This document shows, piece after piece, positions 1 to 9,609 of a stretch of 57,284 bases of DNA. The stretch is from the NCBI GenBank assembly GCA_038872135.1, contig JAVZGN010000005.1, positions 1 to 57,284 on the forward strand, written 5' to 3'. The position numbers were made by a program, and so were the translations under genes. Within the stretch, counting starts at the first letter, position 1; each line of letters begins with the position of its first letter. Below the pieces are notes generated by a model. The model made no database searches. It worked only from the letters and a program-made list of their open reading frames with translations, and had not been told where the DNA came from. The DNA is from Candidatus Hadarchaeales archaeon (GTDB lineage Archaea > Hadarchaeota > Hadarchaeia > Hadarchaeales > Hadarchaeaceae).

Positions 1-135
1 GCCATTGCAACCCTTTCGGAGAGAAGCGGGGCAATTGAAAAGGCCATAAACGAGGCATTGGCAAGGCTGCGGAAGATAGAGGCAAATATCGGCGCCCTCG
101 AACAGGCGATTCTCGAGGAAGGGCCCAAGGAGTAG
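1..135 (+). CDS. pfdA: 3' end of probable prefoldin subunit alpha (partial)
   Basis: Open frame 1 AIATLSERSGAIEKAINEALARLRKIEANIGALEQAILEEGPKE* (TAG 133-135), coiled-coil character; pfdA-ftsY is a common archaeal gene order. Confidence 0.6.
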   Translation, partial: AIATLSERSGAIEKAINEALARLRKIEANIGALEQAILEEGPKE

Positions 136-138
136 GCG

Positions 139-1299
139 ATGTTTGACAAACTCAAGAAAAAGCTTGGGAAGATAAAGCAGGCGATAGCTCAGAAAATCGC
201 CTCAAAACCTGAAGAGCCAGTTGAAGAGGCACCAGTGGAGGAGAAGCTCGAGACACCTCCAGTCGAACAGCCAAGGCCTGAAGCCGTCCTTCCCCCAGAG
301 CCTGTTGAGCCAGAAATGGCGGCGCCGAAGGAGGTAGCAGCACCGCCCCCTTCAGTGGAAAAGCCTTTAGAGGAGAAGCCAGCTCTTCTGCCACCAGAAA
401 AACCTGCGAAATTTGTGAAGCGGGAGCTCAAGAGAATCTTTGGGAGGAAGCTCTCCCCAGAGGATATCGAGGATATAATATGGGAGTTGCAGGTGACTCT
501 TCTTGAAAGTGATGTGGCTGTTAATGTTGCAGATCACATCATCAGCTCTGTGAAAAAAGAGCTGGCTCTGAGAAGGATTGGGCCGAGGGAAGACCCGAAG
601 GAAGTGGCCAGCGATGTTTTGAGAAAAGCGATTAAAGATGTGCTCACGATTGGAGGAAGGCTCGACATCTTTGAAGTGATTGAGAAGAAAAAGGAGGCGG
701 GAGAACCAGCAGTGATAGTCTTCTTAGGAATAAACGGTCATGGGAAGACCACCACTATAGCAAAGATGGCAAAGTTGCTGAAGGACCGCGGTTACAGGGT
801 GGTTCTTGCAGCAGCTGACACCTTCAGGGCGGCGGCAATAGAGCAGCTCGAGATTCACGCGCGGAGGGTCGGCGTTGAGCTGGTGAAGCAGAAGCGGGGG
901 GCAGACGCTGCAGCCGTAGCTTATGATGCAATTGCCCACGCAAAGGCTAAGGGCGGCCATGTGGTCCTCGTAGATACTGCGGGGAGGATGCAGACAAATG
1001 AAAACCTGATGGATGAGATGAAAAAGATTGTCAGGGTCGCCAAGCCAGATCTCGTGATTTTTGTTGGTGATGCCCTGACGGGAAATGATGCCGTTGAGCA
1101 GGCGAAGGCATTTAACGATGCTGTGGGGATAAATGGGTCAATCCTGTGCAAGATGGATGCCGACGCAAGGGGTGGAGCAGCCCTTTCAATCGCGCATGTG
1201 ACCGGCAGACCGATCATCTATATAGGAACTGGACAGGGCTATGATGACTTGGAGGAGTTTGACCCTGAGAAGATCGCAAACCTCCTTCTTGGGGATTGA
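139..1299 (+). CDS. ftsY: Signal recognition particle receptor FtsY
   Basis: Acidic/Pro-rich N-terminus; GINGHGKTTT, DTFRAAA, DTAGR, KMDADARGG SRP-GTPase motifs. Confidence 0.97.
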   Translation: MFDKLKKKLGKIKQAIAQKIASKPEEPVEEAPVEEKLETPPVEQPRPEAVLPPEPVEPEMAAPKEVAAPPPSVEKPLEEKPALLPPEKPAKFVKRELKRIFGRKLSPEDIEDIIWELQVTLLESDVAVNVADHIISSVKKELALRRIGPREDPKEVASDVLRKAIKDVLTIGGRLDIFEVIEKKKEAGEPAVIVFLGINGHGKTTTIAKMAKLLKDRGYRVVLAAADTFRAAAIEQLEIHARRVGVELVKQKRGADAAAVAYDAIAHAKAKGGHVVLVDTAGRMQTNENLMDEMKKIVRVAKPDLVIFVGDALTGNDAVEQAKAFNDAVGINGSILCKMDADARGGAALSIAHVTGRPIIYIGTGQGYDDLEEFDPEKIANLLLGD

Positions 1300-1305
1300 T
1301 TTTTT

Positions 1306-2691
1306 TCACCTGTACCATGGAAGCTGCTTCTGGAAAAACTCTGAGACAAACATTCTGAATCCGCGGTTTTTGAAGGTCTTGGCAATCATCATGTCTTGGA
1401 GAAGCTGATATCTGTCCAGGCAGGCTGCAACATGCTTTCCAAAGCCAATTTTCTCGGAGATTATCCTGCGGAGAAGACTGGAAGCGTCCGACTCCGCCCT
1501 TCCCATCTCAAAGACAACCCTCCCGGCGTTGTCGATGAACGGTCCAGCTAGCACTCTTGGGGAGCCCCGGTGTTCCTCGATGAAGCTTGAGGCGTCCCTG
1601 GGGAGGACCGGGCCTGGTCTAACTTGAACAGCTGGCAGCTTCAAGAGGGGAAGTTCAAGGAGTATCGCCCCATTTCTCTCATCCGCCCAGACATCACTTC
1701 TGAAAACCTCAAACCCATGCTGCACAAGGCGCGCAACTATTGCCTTTTCAGTTTTCCTCAGCTGGGGGTAGATGATATCCTCGACGAGTTCTGGATGGCG
1801 GAAATATATGCAGAAGAGATGGGTTTCCCTTTTCTTGATTGCCCTCTGCAGGTCTTGGGGCTGGAAGAGCTTTGGTTTTGTTGGGAAGAAGAACTTAATG
1901 GAGGGGGCTTTTTCAAAATCTCTGCAGGCCTGAATCACAGTGGCAAAGTTTTGGGTTGATACGGCGGCAGCAACATTTCTTCCGGGGTCAACGGGGTCAA
2001 CGACAATCAGCGGGTCCCGCTCAAACATCCTCCTAGCCTCTTCGGCCGTCTCATATCTTTTCTCCAGGTCTATCACCTCCCCAGGCTCCCACCTCCCAGC
2101 CCCCTTGATGAAATTTTCAAAAGACCTGTAGTGAAGGATGAGGAGTTCGCAGAGATATCCTGAGAACCCCATTATTTTTGATTCCGCCCCATAGACGCCA
2201 ATCCCTGTGAAAAACTGCTTCAGCAACAGCACCTGGTCTTTTAGCCCTTCATCAAGCTTTTTCTCAACATATCTCTGGTGGTGGGGGGTCCTGTCCACAG
2301 AGCTTTTTATCTTTCTCGGATCCTGGATGTCGTAGCAGGGGACCAGATCCACATCAAATCCATCGCGTTTTGTGTGCAGGTATGGATGCTCAGCAAATCT
2401 TTCCTTCCCCTTTCCTTTAGATACTCCTCTTGCCACCCTCAGACCGAGTGTTTCCAGGGCTTCAACAGAAAGCTCCTGGGGAAAAAGCAGAAAAATGTCA
2501 ATATCTCTCTCGCTCCTTATCCAGGTACCGCGGGCCACGGAGCCGACCAGGAGGGGTTTTACCTGAACATTAAGATTTCTGGCCACCTCTTCTACCTCTT
2601 TCAGGAGCTCTTCAGAAATCTTTTTCACCTTGGCCTCGTCTTCCGGTGTTGGCTTTATTCTCCTGAGAACTTTTGCCAATATCTCCTGCAT
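1306..2691 (-). CDS. cca: Archaeal class I CCA-adding tRNA nucleotidyltransferase
   Basis: GSVARGTW..DIDIF, AEHPY, VDRTPHH, GFSGYLCELL, DPVDPGRNVAAA; start trimmed to MQEIL (ATG 2691). Confidence 0.95.
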   Translation of the reverse strand: MQEILAKVLRRIKPTPEDEAKVKKISEELLKEVEEVARNLNVQVKPLLVGSVARGTWIRSERDIDIFLLFPQELSVEALETLGLRVARGVSKGKGKERFAEHPYLHTKRDGFDVDLVPCYDIQDPRKIKSSVDRTPHHQRYVEKKLDEGLKDQVLLLKQFFTGIGVYGAESKIMGFSGYLCELLILHYRSFENFIKGAGRWEPGEVIDLEKRYETAEEARRMFERDPLIVVDPVDPGRNVAAAVSTQNFATVIQACRDFEKAPSIKFFFPTKPKLFQPQDLQRAIKKRETHLFCIYFRHPELVEDIIYPQLRKTEKAIVARLVQHGFEVFRSDVWADERNGAILLELPLLKLPAVQVRPGPVLPRDASSFIEEHRGSPRVLAGPFIDNAGRVVFEMGRAESDASSLLRRIISEKIGFGKHVAACLDRYQLLQDMMIAKTFKNRGFRMFVSEFFQKQLPWYR

Positions 2692-2770
2692 CAATGACTG
2701 TTTCTCTGCCGGGGAATAAAAGAGATTTGAGGAAATGGTGTTATTAACTGTGGACAAATCAATTAATGAT

Positions 2771-2848
2771 GCGGCAGTGGTCTAGCCTGGTCTAGGACTC
2801 AGGCCCTCCAAGCCTGCGACGCGGGTTCGAATCCCGCCTGCCGCACCA
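2771..2848 (+). tRNA. tRNA-Gly(TCC), CCA encoded, atypical C33
   Basis: Acceptor GCGGCAG/CTGCCGC; anticodon stem CAGGC/GCCTG with loop CC-TCC-AA; T arm GCGGG-TTCGAAT-CCCGC; ends ACCA. Confidence 0.92.
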
Positions 2849-2922
2849 CTCGATTTTTCTAAGCAATCGATCCAAGAAACGACAGGTGATATGCCTTTTT
2901 GAGGGGATGCAATATTCAAGTG

Positions 2923-3999
2923 ATGAAGGTTCCTCAGGCGCTCAATCTGCTCGCAAACGCCGCCATCGCCCTAGCGGGGATGCTTGCTCCCCTCCTTGCG
3001 AAGGAGTTCGCCCCAATGATCGGGGTGGGGCTTGTGATCTCAAGCTTCGGGCTGGCAGCCTTTGTTTCATACTCCCTCTTCGGCAGGCTTTCAGACATCA
3101 AGAGAAAGAGGAAAATCTTCCTCCAGCTTGGGCTCCTCCTGAGCGGGGTGGTCTTCCTCCTCCAAATTTTTATGACCGACTTCCTCTCCATGGTTTTGAT
3201 CAGGGCCTTGGCGGGTTTTTCCATCGGGATCTTCACCTTCCCGCTCCTCGCCTATGTTTCAGAGGTGGAGAAAACAAAAGCCGAGATAGGGAGATATGTG
3301 GGCTTCGGCTCTCTGGGGTGGGGAATCGGTTATCTCCTCGCTGGAATTCTCCCCAGTTACGCCGTGAGCTTCATCTTCTCGGGGCTTCTGCTCCTCCTTG
3401 CGGCGGGCCTCTCCCTCTCCATTAGAGAGGTTGAAAATCTTGATCAAGAGCTCCTCCCCCTCGGGCGTGTCCTCAGGCAGAACATAAGCATCTATGGAGT
3501 GTTTTTCACGAGGCAACTTGGAGCGCAGGCTGCTTGGGCCATCTTCCCCCTCTTCCTCTCCCAGGAGTTAGGGGCAGATCTCTTCTGGGTTGGGATCATC
3601 CACGCCATAAACACAATTACTCAGTTCTTCATCCTGATTTCAATTGGAAAGTGGGGAGAGAAAATTGGGGAAAAGCAGTTCATCAGAATCGGGCTCCTGG
3701 TTTCATCGGTAGTTTTCTCCTTCTACTTCCTGGCCACCTCCTTCCTTCAGCTCCTTCCGGTCCAGCTCCTCCTGGCAGCAGGCTACAGCATGCTCTATCT
3801 CGGCTGCGTCCTCCTCCTTCTTAAAAGCTCAACGAAGGGGACATCGACGGGACTTCTCGGCTCTGCCGATGCTCTGGCGAGAGTTATTGGACCGGCTTTG
3901 GCAGGTATTATCTCCCAGTTGATTGGGATGAGGGCGTTGATGCTCTTCTCCGCCATCGTTTGCCTGGCGGCTCTCGGTTTCTCCAAAGAGATAGGATGA
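2923..3999 (+). CDS. MFS transporter
   Basis: About 12 hydrophobic segments, motif A-like GRLSDIKRKRK; start moved to ATG 2923. Confidence 0.85.
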   Translation: MKVPQALNLLANAAIALAGMLAPLLAKEFAPMIGVGLVISSFGLAAFVSYSLFGRLSDIKRKRKIFLQLGLLLSGVVFLLQIFMTDFLSMVLIRALAGFSIGIFTFPLLAYVSEVEKTKAEIGRYVGFGSLGWGIGYLLAGILPSYAVSFIFSGLLLLLAAGLSLSIREVENLDQELLPLGRVLRQNISIYGVFFTRQLGAQAAWAIFPLFLSQELGADLFWVGIIHAINTITQFFILISIGKWGEKIGEKQFIRIGLLVSSVVFSFYFLATSFLQLLPVQLLLAAGYSMLYLGCVLLLLKSSTKGTSTGLLGSADALARVIGPALAGIISQLIGMRALMLFSAIVCLAALGFSKEIG

Positions 4000-4049
4000 T
4001 TTTCGGGATGGGGAAAGGCTTTTTTCCCACCCTTTAGCATCATTAAAGG

Positions 4050-5330
4050 ATGAAGGCCCTCCTCCTGATCTGCGATGGGATGGCTGACAGACCAGTTCCA
4101 GAGTTAGGGAACAAAACTCCGCTTGAGATAGCGGAAACCCCAAACATGGACTGGCTGGCAAAGCACGGGATATGCGGCATGATGGATACAATCTCTCCCG
4201 GGATCCCGCCGGGAAGCGACACCGCCCATCTCGCCCTTCTTGGCTACGACCCATTTGAGGTCTACACAGGGAGAGGCCCTTTTGAAGCCGCCGGAGCCGG
4301 GATAGACCTTAAGCCGGGCGATATAGCCTTTCGCGCTAACTTTGCCACCGTGGATAAATCGATGAAAATTGTTGATAGGAGGGCTGGGAGGATCACCGAC
4401 ACAAAGCCCCTGGAAGAAGCCCTCCAGAAAATAAAGATGAAGGGGGTTGAGATAATTTTCAAGAGCACGGTTGGGCACAGGGGGGCTCTTGTCCTGCGGG
4501 GGCGGGGGCTCTCCGCAGATGTGACAGACTCAGATCCCCATGCAACTGGCGAGAAACCGCTGAAGATTCAGCCCCTTCTCTCTCCCCCATCCTCCTCCCT
4601 TCCGGCCCTTCCAATTTATGCCGGCGGGATAAGAAGATATGTGGTGAGGAGAAGCTGGGCCACTAAGACGGCCAGAATCCTCAACGAGTTCTCGGCCAAG
4701 GCCCACGAGATCTTGAAGAGGCACCCCCTGAACCTTGAGAGGGAAAGAAATAGCCTGCCCCCAGCGAACTACTTGCTTCTGAGGGGGGGAGGCGTTGCCC
4801 CATTTCTCCCACCATTTAAAGAAAGGTGGGGACTAGCCGGGGCCTGTGTTGCGGCGGCCGCCCTGGTGAAGGGCGTTTGCAGGTTTGCCGGCATGGATGT
4901 AATAGATGTCCCGGGGGCCACCGGTAGCGTCAACACAAATCTTGATGGAAAGGGGAAAGCAGCCTTGAAAGCGCTTGAGACTCATGATTTCGTCCTCCTC
5001 CACATAAAAGGGTTCGATGAGGCGGGTCATGATGGAAACCCAAGGGCAAAGATAGAGCTGATCGAGAAAACAGACAAAATGCTTGCGGCATTCATAGATG
5101 AGGTTGACCTCATAGCAGTTGCCGTTGACCACACAACTCCAGTTAGCGTGAGAGACCATGCTGGAGATCCAGTCCCGGTGGTGATCTATGGCCCCGGCGT
5201 GAGGGTAGATGACGTCCAGGAGTTTGGGGAGAGGGCGGTTGCAAGGGGTGGTCTGGGAAGGATTCGGGGGAAAGATCTTCTTCCCATCATTATCGATCTC
5301 ATGGGGAAATCGAAGAAGTTTGGGGCATGA
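4050..5330 (+). CDS. apgM: 2,3-bisphosphoglycerate-independent phosphoglycerate mutase (archaeal)
   Basis: DGMADRP..KTPLE, PGSDTAHL, YTGRGPFEAAG, HIKGFDEAGHDG, DHTTP. Confidence 0.95.
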   Translation: MKALLLICDGMADRPVPELGNKTPLEIAETPNMDWLAKHGICGMMDTISPGIPPGSDTAHLALLGYDPFEVYTGRGPFEAAGAGIDLKPGDIAFRANFATVDKSMKIVDRRAGRITDTKPLEEALQKIKMKGVEIIFKSTVGHRGALVLRGRGLSADVTDSDPHATGEKPLKIQPLLSPPSSSLPALPIYAGGIRRYVVRRSWATKTARILNEFSAKAHEILKRHPLNLERERNSLPPANYLLLRGGGVAPFLPPFKERWGLAGACVAAAALVKGVCRFAGMDVIDVPGATGSVNTNLDGKGKAALKALETHDFVLLHIKGFDEAGHDGNPRAKIELIEKTDKMLAAFIDEVDLIAVAVDHTTPVSVRDHAGDPVPVVIYGPGVRVDDVQEFGERAVARGGLGRIRGKDLLPIIIDLMGKSKKFGA

Positions 5331-5382
5331 ATTCAGGATCTCCGATGGAACAAATGGTGGTTTGAGGAAAACCCGCCAGATC

Positions 5383-6399
5383 TCAGGCAGGTCTGGCAGC
5401 TCTCTTTATCTCAGAAGGCCTGAAGATCCCCCTTTCCGTTATTATCCCGGTTATCAGCTTGGCGGGGGTTACATCAAATGCAGGGTTCAGCGCTCTTACT
5501 CCCTTTGGCAGAACCCTCACCCCGCCGACAAACGCCACCTCTTTTTCATCTCTATATTCAATTGGTATCTCTTTCCCGCTTTTGATGGAAAGGTCAACCG
5601 TGGAGGTTGGTGCGGCAACATAAAATGGGATGCCGTGGGCTTTGGCCAACGTTGCAATGCTGTACGTCCCGATTTTGTTTGCGGTGTCTCCATTGGCGGC
5701 AATTCTGTCAGCGCCAACAACCACAACATCAATCTCCCCCCGGGACATGAGATATCCGACAGCTCCATCGACGACAACTCTGAAAGGAATGCCCTCCCTC
5801 TTCAGCTCAAAAGCCGTCAGCCTCGCCCCCTGAAGCAGAGGTCTAGTCTCCGTCGCAATAACAGTTATTCTCTTTCCCTTCCTCCACGCGGTTTTGATTA
5901 CCCCTAGAGCAGTCCCGTAGTCAACTGTGGCAAGGGCCCCAGCGTTGCAGTGGGTCAGCACACAGTCTCCATTTTTTATGACTTTTTCTCCAATTTCACC
6001 AATCCTCACATTTCTGGAAATATCCTCCTCTGCTATTTTCTGCGCGGTTTCAACCGCTGCTTTTTTCTTTTCATCAACTCCACAAGCCTCACGAACGGCT
6101 TCAAGCACCCTCTCAACGCCAACAAAGAGATTGATGGCAGTGGGTCTAGTTTTTTTAATCCTTCTGGCCGCAGCCTCGACCTCTCTCATTAACTCCTCTT
6201 CCTCTCCTGCTTTCAGAGCTGCAAGGGCAAGAGCCATCGCTCCCGCGGCCGCGAGGGCCGGCGCCCCACGAATTCTCATTTCCTCTATAGCTCTAGCCAC
6301 ATCCTCCGCTGTCCTGCACCGGATGTATTTCACCTTGTGGGGGAGGAGCGTCTGATCTATCATCACAACCTCCTTCCCGCGGAGTTCTATTGTCCTCAT
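5383..6399 (-). CDS. mtnA: S-methyl-5-thioribose-1-phosphate isomerase (eIF2B-like)
   Basis: DQTLLP, IRGAPA, RPTAINL, THCNAGALAT, ETRPLLQGARLT, ANKIGTY, NPAFDVTP; start at MRTIEL. Confidence 0.9.
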   Translation of the reverse strand: MRTIELRGKEVVMIDQTLLPHKVKYIRCRTAEDVARAIEEMRIRGAPALAAAGAMALALAALKAGEEEELMREVEAAARRIKKTRPTAINLFVGVERVLEAVREACGVDEKKKAAVETAQKIAEEDISRNVRIGEIGEKVIKNGDCVLTHCNAGALATVDYGTALGVIKTAWRKGKRITVIATETRPLLQGARLTAFELKREGIPFRVVVDGAVGYLMSRGEIDVVVVGADRIAANGDTANKIGTYSIATLAKAHGIPFYVAAPTSTVDLSIKSGKEIPIEYRDEKEVAFVGGVRVLPKGVRALNPAFDVTPAKLITGIITERGIFRPSEIKRAARPA

Positions 6400-6487
6400 T
6401 TCACCACATTCTCCTGCAGCAATTGTTGCAAGACACCCCACCGCAAGATTTACTAATGGGCAGGATAAAAAGTTTGCAGATGGTCAG

Positions 6488-7894
6488 ATGCAGAGCGACA
6501 TCCAGAATGCGGTTGAGATGATAAGAAGGAACAGGAAAAAATCGATCGAGATAATTTCTCACATGGATGCAGACGGGGTTTGCGCGGCAGCAGTTCTTTC
6601 AAAAGCTTTGGATAGGCTCAGCATCCCTCACGAGGTGAAATTCGTCAAGATGCTCTACAGAAATGTTATAAAAGAGATGGAGCCGGCAGATCTCACAATT
6701 TTCCTAGACCTCGGAAGTTCCCAGCTCAAGAATTTAAAAGAAAAATTTTCAGGAAAAAAGGTGATAATCGCAGACCATCATGAGCCGGAGATGGCTGGGG
6801 GATGGCAGGACCTCGTTCATTTGAATGCTCCCGCCCACGGTATAGACGGGGTCCAAGAGATAAGTGGAGCTGGGCTGGCCTATTTGATTGCAAAAGAACT
6901 AGACGCCTCAAACCGGGATTTAGCTTCTCTGGCTATTGTTGGGGCAATCGGGGACATTCAGAATGCATGGGGGACTCTCATAGGTAAAAACAGGCAGATA
7001 GCGGAGGATGCAATCTCTGCAGGAGTCGTGGAGAGATCAACAGACATCCTCTTTTACGGCAGACATTCCCGGCCAATATTCAAATCCCTAGAAACCTTCA
7101 CCGATCCCCCCATCCCCGGGATCAGCAATTCCCCCTTAGGCTGCATGAGCCTCCTGAAGGAGCTTCAGATACCCGTGAAAAAGGACGGGAGATACAGGCG
7201 CCCGGTTGACCTCACGGCGGATGAAAAGCAGAGGCTTGCTTCTGAACTCATAGCCCGCGCATACTCCTCAGTCCCCCCAGAATTTTATCAGTACGTCCCC
7301 GGGTTAATCGTCGGGGAAAATTATTCTCTTAAAAATGAGCCGGAGAATTCCCCCCTAAAAGATGTAGAAGAATTTTCCACCTGCATGAATTCGACTGCTA
7401 GACATGAGCAGCCGCTGATAGGATTTGAGGTTGCAAAGGGAAATCGCACAACATACATGCGTGCAATGTTTAACCTCATCAAATACCACAGGCGGGAGAT
7501 TGCCGTGGGCCTGGAGTTTGTGGAGGAGAATGGGTTGAATTCCGGTCCACGCGGCTATCTTCAGTTTTTTGATGCAACAGGAGTTGTGAAGGAGATGTTT
7601 GTGGGAACAATCGCTAGCCTAGCCCTTGGCTATCAGTGTGCGGAGCCCTTTAGGCCCGTAGCTGGCGTTGTCAGGGAAGAAGGGGTGGCGAAGGTCTCAG
7701 CAAGGTGCTCAAGGCTCCTCTTCCTGAAGGGGCTGGATCTAGGAAAGGCGATAAAGGAGGCGGCAAACTCTGTCGGGGGTGAAGGGGGCGGGCATGCGGT
7801 TGCCTGTGGCGCCCAGATAGCTGAAGACGCCGTGCCGGAATTTCTCGAAAGATTTGAGACCCTCCTCCTCCAGCAGAGAAATGTTAACGCCTGA
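6488..7894 (+). CDS. RecJ/GAN (Cdc45-like) DHH-DHHA1 nuclease
   Basis: HMDADG, DLGS, DHH, GAIGD, GGGHAVACG motifs. Confidence 0.88.
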   Translation: MQSDIQNAVEMIRRNRKKSIEIISHMDADGVCAAAVLSKALDRLSIPHEVKFVKMLYRNVIKEMEPADLTIFLDLGSSQLKNLKEKFSGKKVIIADHHEPEMAGGWQDLVHLNAPAHGIDGVQEISGAGLAYLIAKELDASNRDLASLAIVGAIGDIQNAWGTLIGKNRQIAEDAISAGVVERSTDILFYGRHSRPIFKSLETFTDPPIPGISNSPLGCMSLLKELQIPVKKDGRYRRPVDLTADEKQRLASELIARAYSSVPPEFYQYVPGLIVGENYSLKNEPENSPLKDVEEFSTCMNSTARHEQPLIGFEVAKGNRTTYMRAMFNLIKYHRREIAVGLEFVEENGLNSGPRGYLQFFDATGVVKEMFVGTIASLALGYQCAEPFRPVAGVVREEGVAKVSARCSRLLFLKGLDLGKAIKEAANSVGGEGGGHAVACGAQIAEDAVPEFLERFETLLLQQRNVNA

Positions 7895-9602
7895 GCCTGG
7901 CCTTTCGCTCTTCCTGCGCCCGATACATCGCCTCGATGTCCCTGAGGGTGGAGATTTCTTCCGGGCGTCTGTCCTCCCTCAGCCTGACAAATCTCGGAAA
8001 TCTGAGAGCGAGAGTTCCGGTGTGCTTTTCGGTTGGGCTTGTCTGGATCTCCTCAAAAGCTGTTTCAAACACATACTTTGGTTCGAAATATGCATCACAA
8101 TCGAGTTCTATGTCGACATCTGGATGGGGCTTTTTTGAGGCTATCGAAGAGAACATTTTTGTGAGCTCCTCCAAATCCTCATCTGTGTATCCAGATCCAC
8201 ACTTTGCCACAGTCTTGTACCTCCCACTTTCCTCATCCAGCGCCGCAAGGACATAGCTTCCAAATGTTCCGGCCCTCTTCCCTTTCCCATAGAGCCCCCC
8301 GACCACCACTAGGTCTAGGGTCTCGAGAACCGGCTTCAGCTTCAACCAGACAAATTCCCTCCTCCCGGCCCTGTAGGTAGACGAAATATCCTTTGCCAGC
8401 AGCCCCTCATGTCCTATTTTCACAGCATAATCGGCAAATTTCTTTACCTCTTCTGGGTCAGAAAGAATCCTCTGCTCAACAACTTTGACCATCTTTCCCT
8501 TCTCCACGATTTCTTCAAGCATTTTCCGCCGTTCACTGTAGGGCTTGTCTATCAAAGTTTTGTTGTCAACGAGAAGGACATCAAAAAGGTTTAACTCTAC
8601 GGGAATCTCCTTCATCGCCCGCTCAATCTCATATTTCCTCCTCCGCTTCAGAACCTCTTGAAAAGGCATCGGCTTGTTTGTGCGAGGATCTATCGCAACA
8701 AGCTCTCCGTCAACTATCGCCTGTCTCGCCTTGAGCGATTTTTTGAGCGGTTCGATGAGGTCTGGGAACATTGAGGTGTAGTCCTCCATCCTCCTTGTGA
8801 AAAGGAGTATCCTGTCCCCATCCTTGTGGGCCTGAATCCTGATGCCGTCCAGCTTTATCTCAAAAGCAGCTTTTCCCTTCATTCTCTCCATTATCTCCTC
8901 GATGTCTTCGGCTCTTTGGGCAAGCATCGGGCTGACGGGATGACCGACTGAGACACCAAGTTTCTTCAGGCCCTCCTCACCCCTTTCAGCTATTGTTTTT
9001 GCGACAAGAGAATAGTCCGTTGTAAGCATATACGCGTGCTCTATCTTTTCCGCTTCAATTCCAAATGCTGTTGCGAGAGCATCCCTCAGCCTCCCCTCCG
9101 CGACACCAATCCTGAGATCGCCGAGAACCGTCCGAACGATAAACTTCCCCTCTACTGGAGAGGCGTTTGTCAGGAGCCCGGCTATTTCATTGATTTTTCT
9201 GTCCACGGAACCGCTCCCGGAAATCTCTGGAAGATTTTTTATGGTTTCAAAAACATTGCGAACGGTGAGGTTTTCTCTGAACAGTGATAGTCTTTTTCTC
9301 TTCTCCAGCAATCGCATGGTGACTTCCCCAAAATCCCCCATATCTTTGAGAAGCTTCTCCACTTCTGCTGTAGAATATCCCGAGGCTATGGAGATGGACT
9401 TCTTCAGTTGCTGGGGGCCAACTCCCGTCTCCTTTGAGACATAGGCGGGCCAGGGTCTGCCCAGGAGAAGAAGAACAACCATCTCAATTTCTTCCTTGGG
9501 CGTTTTTTTCAGAAGCTCTGCGATGATTTTATTTTTCTCTAGGTAGGAAGCGCTCTTCTCAAGTTCATCGAAAACTTCAGCGAGTTCCGAATAGTACATC
9601 AA
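7884..9602 (-). CDS. lig: ATP-dependent DNA ligase
   Basis: Motif I EIKLDGIRIQAH, VDGEL, LFDVL, EGLLAK, WLKLK, LRFPRFVRLREDR. Confidence 0.97.
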   Translation of the reverse strand: MMYYSELAEVFDELEKSASYLEKNKIIAELLKKTPKEEIEMVVLLLLGRPWPAYVSKETGVGPQQLKKSISIASGYSTAEVEKLLKDMGDFGEVTMRLLEKRKRLSLFRENLTVRNVFETIKNLPEISGSGSVDRKINEIAGLLTNASPVEGKFIVRTVLGDLRIGVAEGRLRDALATAFGIEAEKIEHAYMLTTDYSLVAKTIAERGEEGLKKLGVSVGHPVSPMLAQRAEDIEEIMERMKGKAAFEIKLDGIRIQAHKDGDRILLFTRRMEDYTSMFPDLIEPLKKSLKARQAIVDGELVAIDPRTNKPMPFQEVLKRRRKYEIERAMKEIPVELNLFDVLLVDNKTLIDKPYSERRKMLEEIVEKGKMVKVVEQRILSDPEEVKKFADYAVKIGHEGLLAKDISSTYRAGRREFVWLKLKPVLETLDLVVVGGLYGKGKRAGTFGSYVLAALDEESGRYKTVAKCGSGYTDEDLEELTKMFSSIASKKPHPDVDIELDCDAYFEPKYVFETAFEEIQTSPTEKHTGTLALRFPRFVRLREDRRPEEISTLRDIEAMYRAQEERKARLRR

Positions 9603-9609
9603 TAGAAAT

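Noticed and set aside
200-420. Glu/Pro-rich low-complexity region in FtsY
   Set aside because: Ordinary acidic N-terminal region of FtsY
2771-2848. Reading this tRNA as Trp(CCA)
   Set aside because: Shifting the loop to centre CCA destroys the CAGGC/GCCTG stem, and the body is Gly-like
4569-4660. BHB-spliced mRNA intron in apgM
   Set aside because: The best register (CAGC/GCTG, bulges CCC and GGC) lacks an outer stem and splicing would shift the frame
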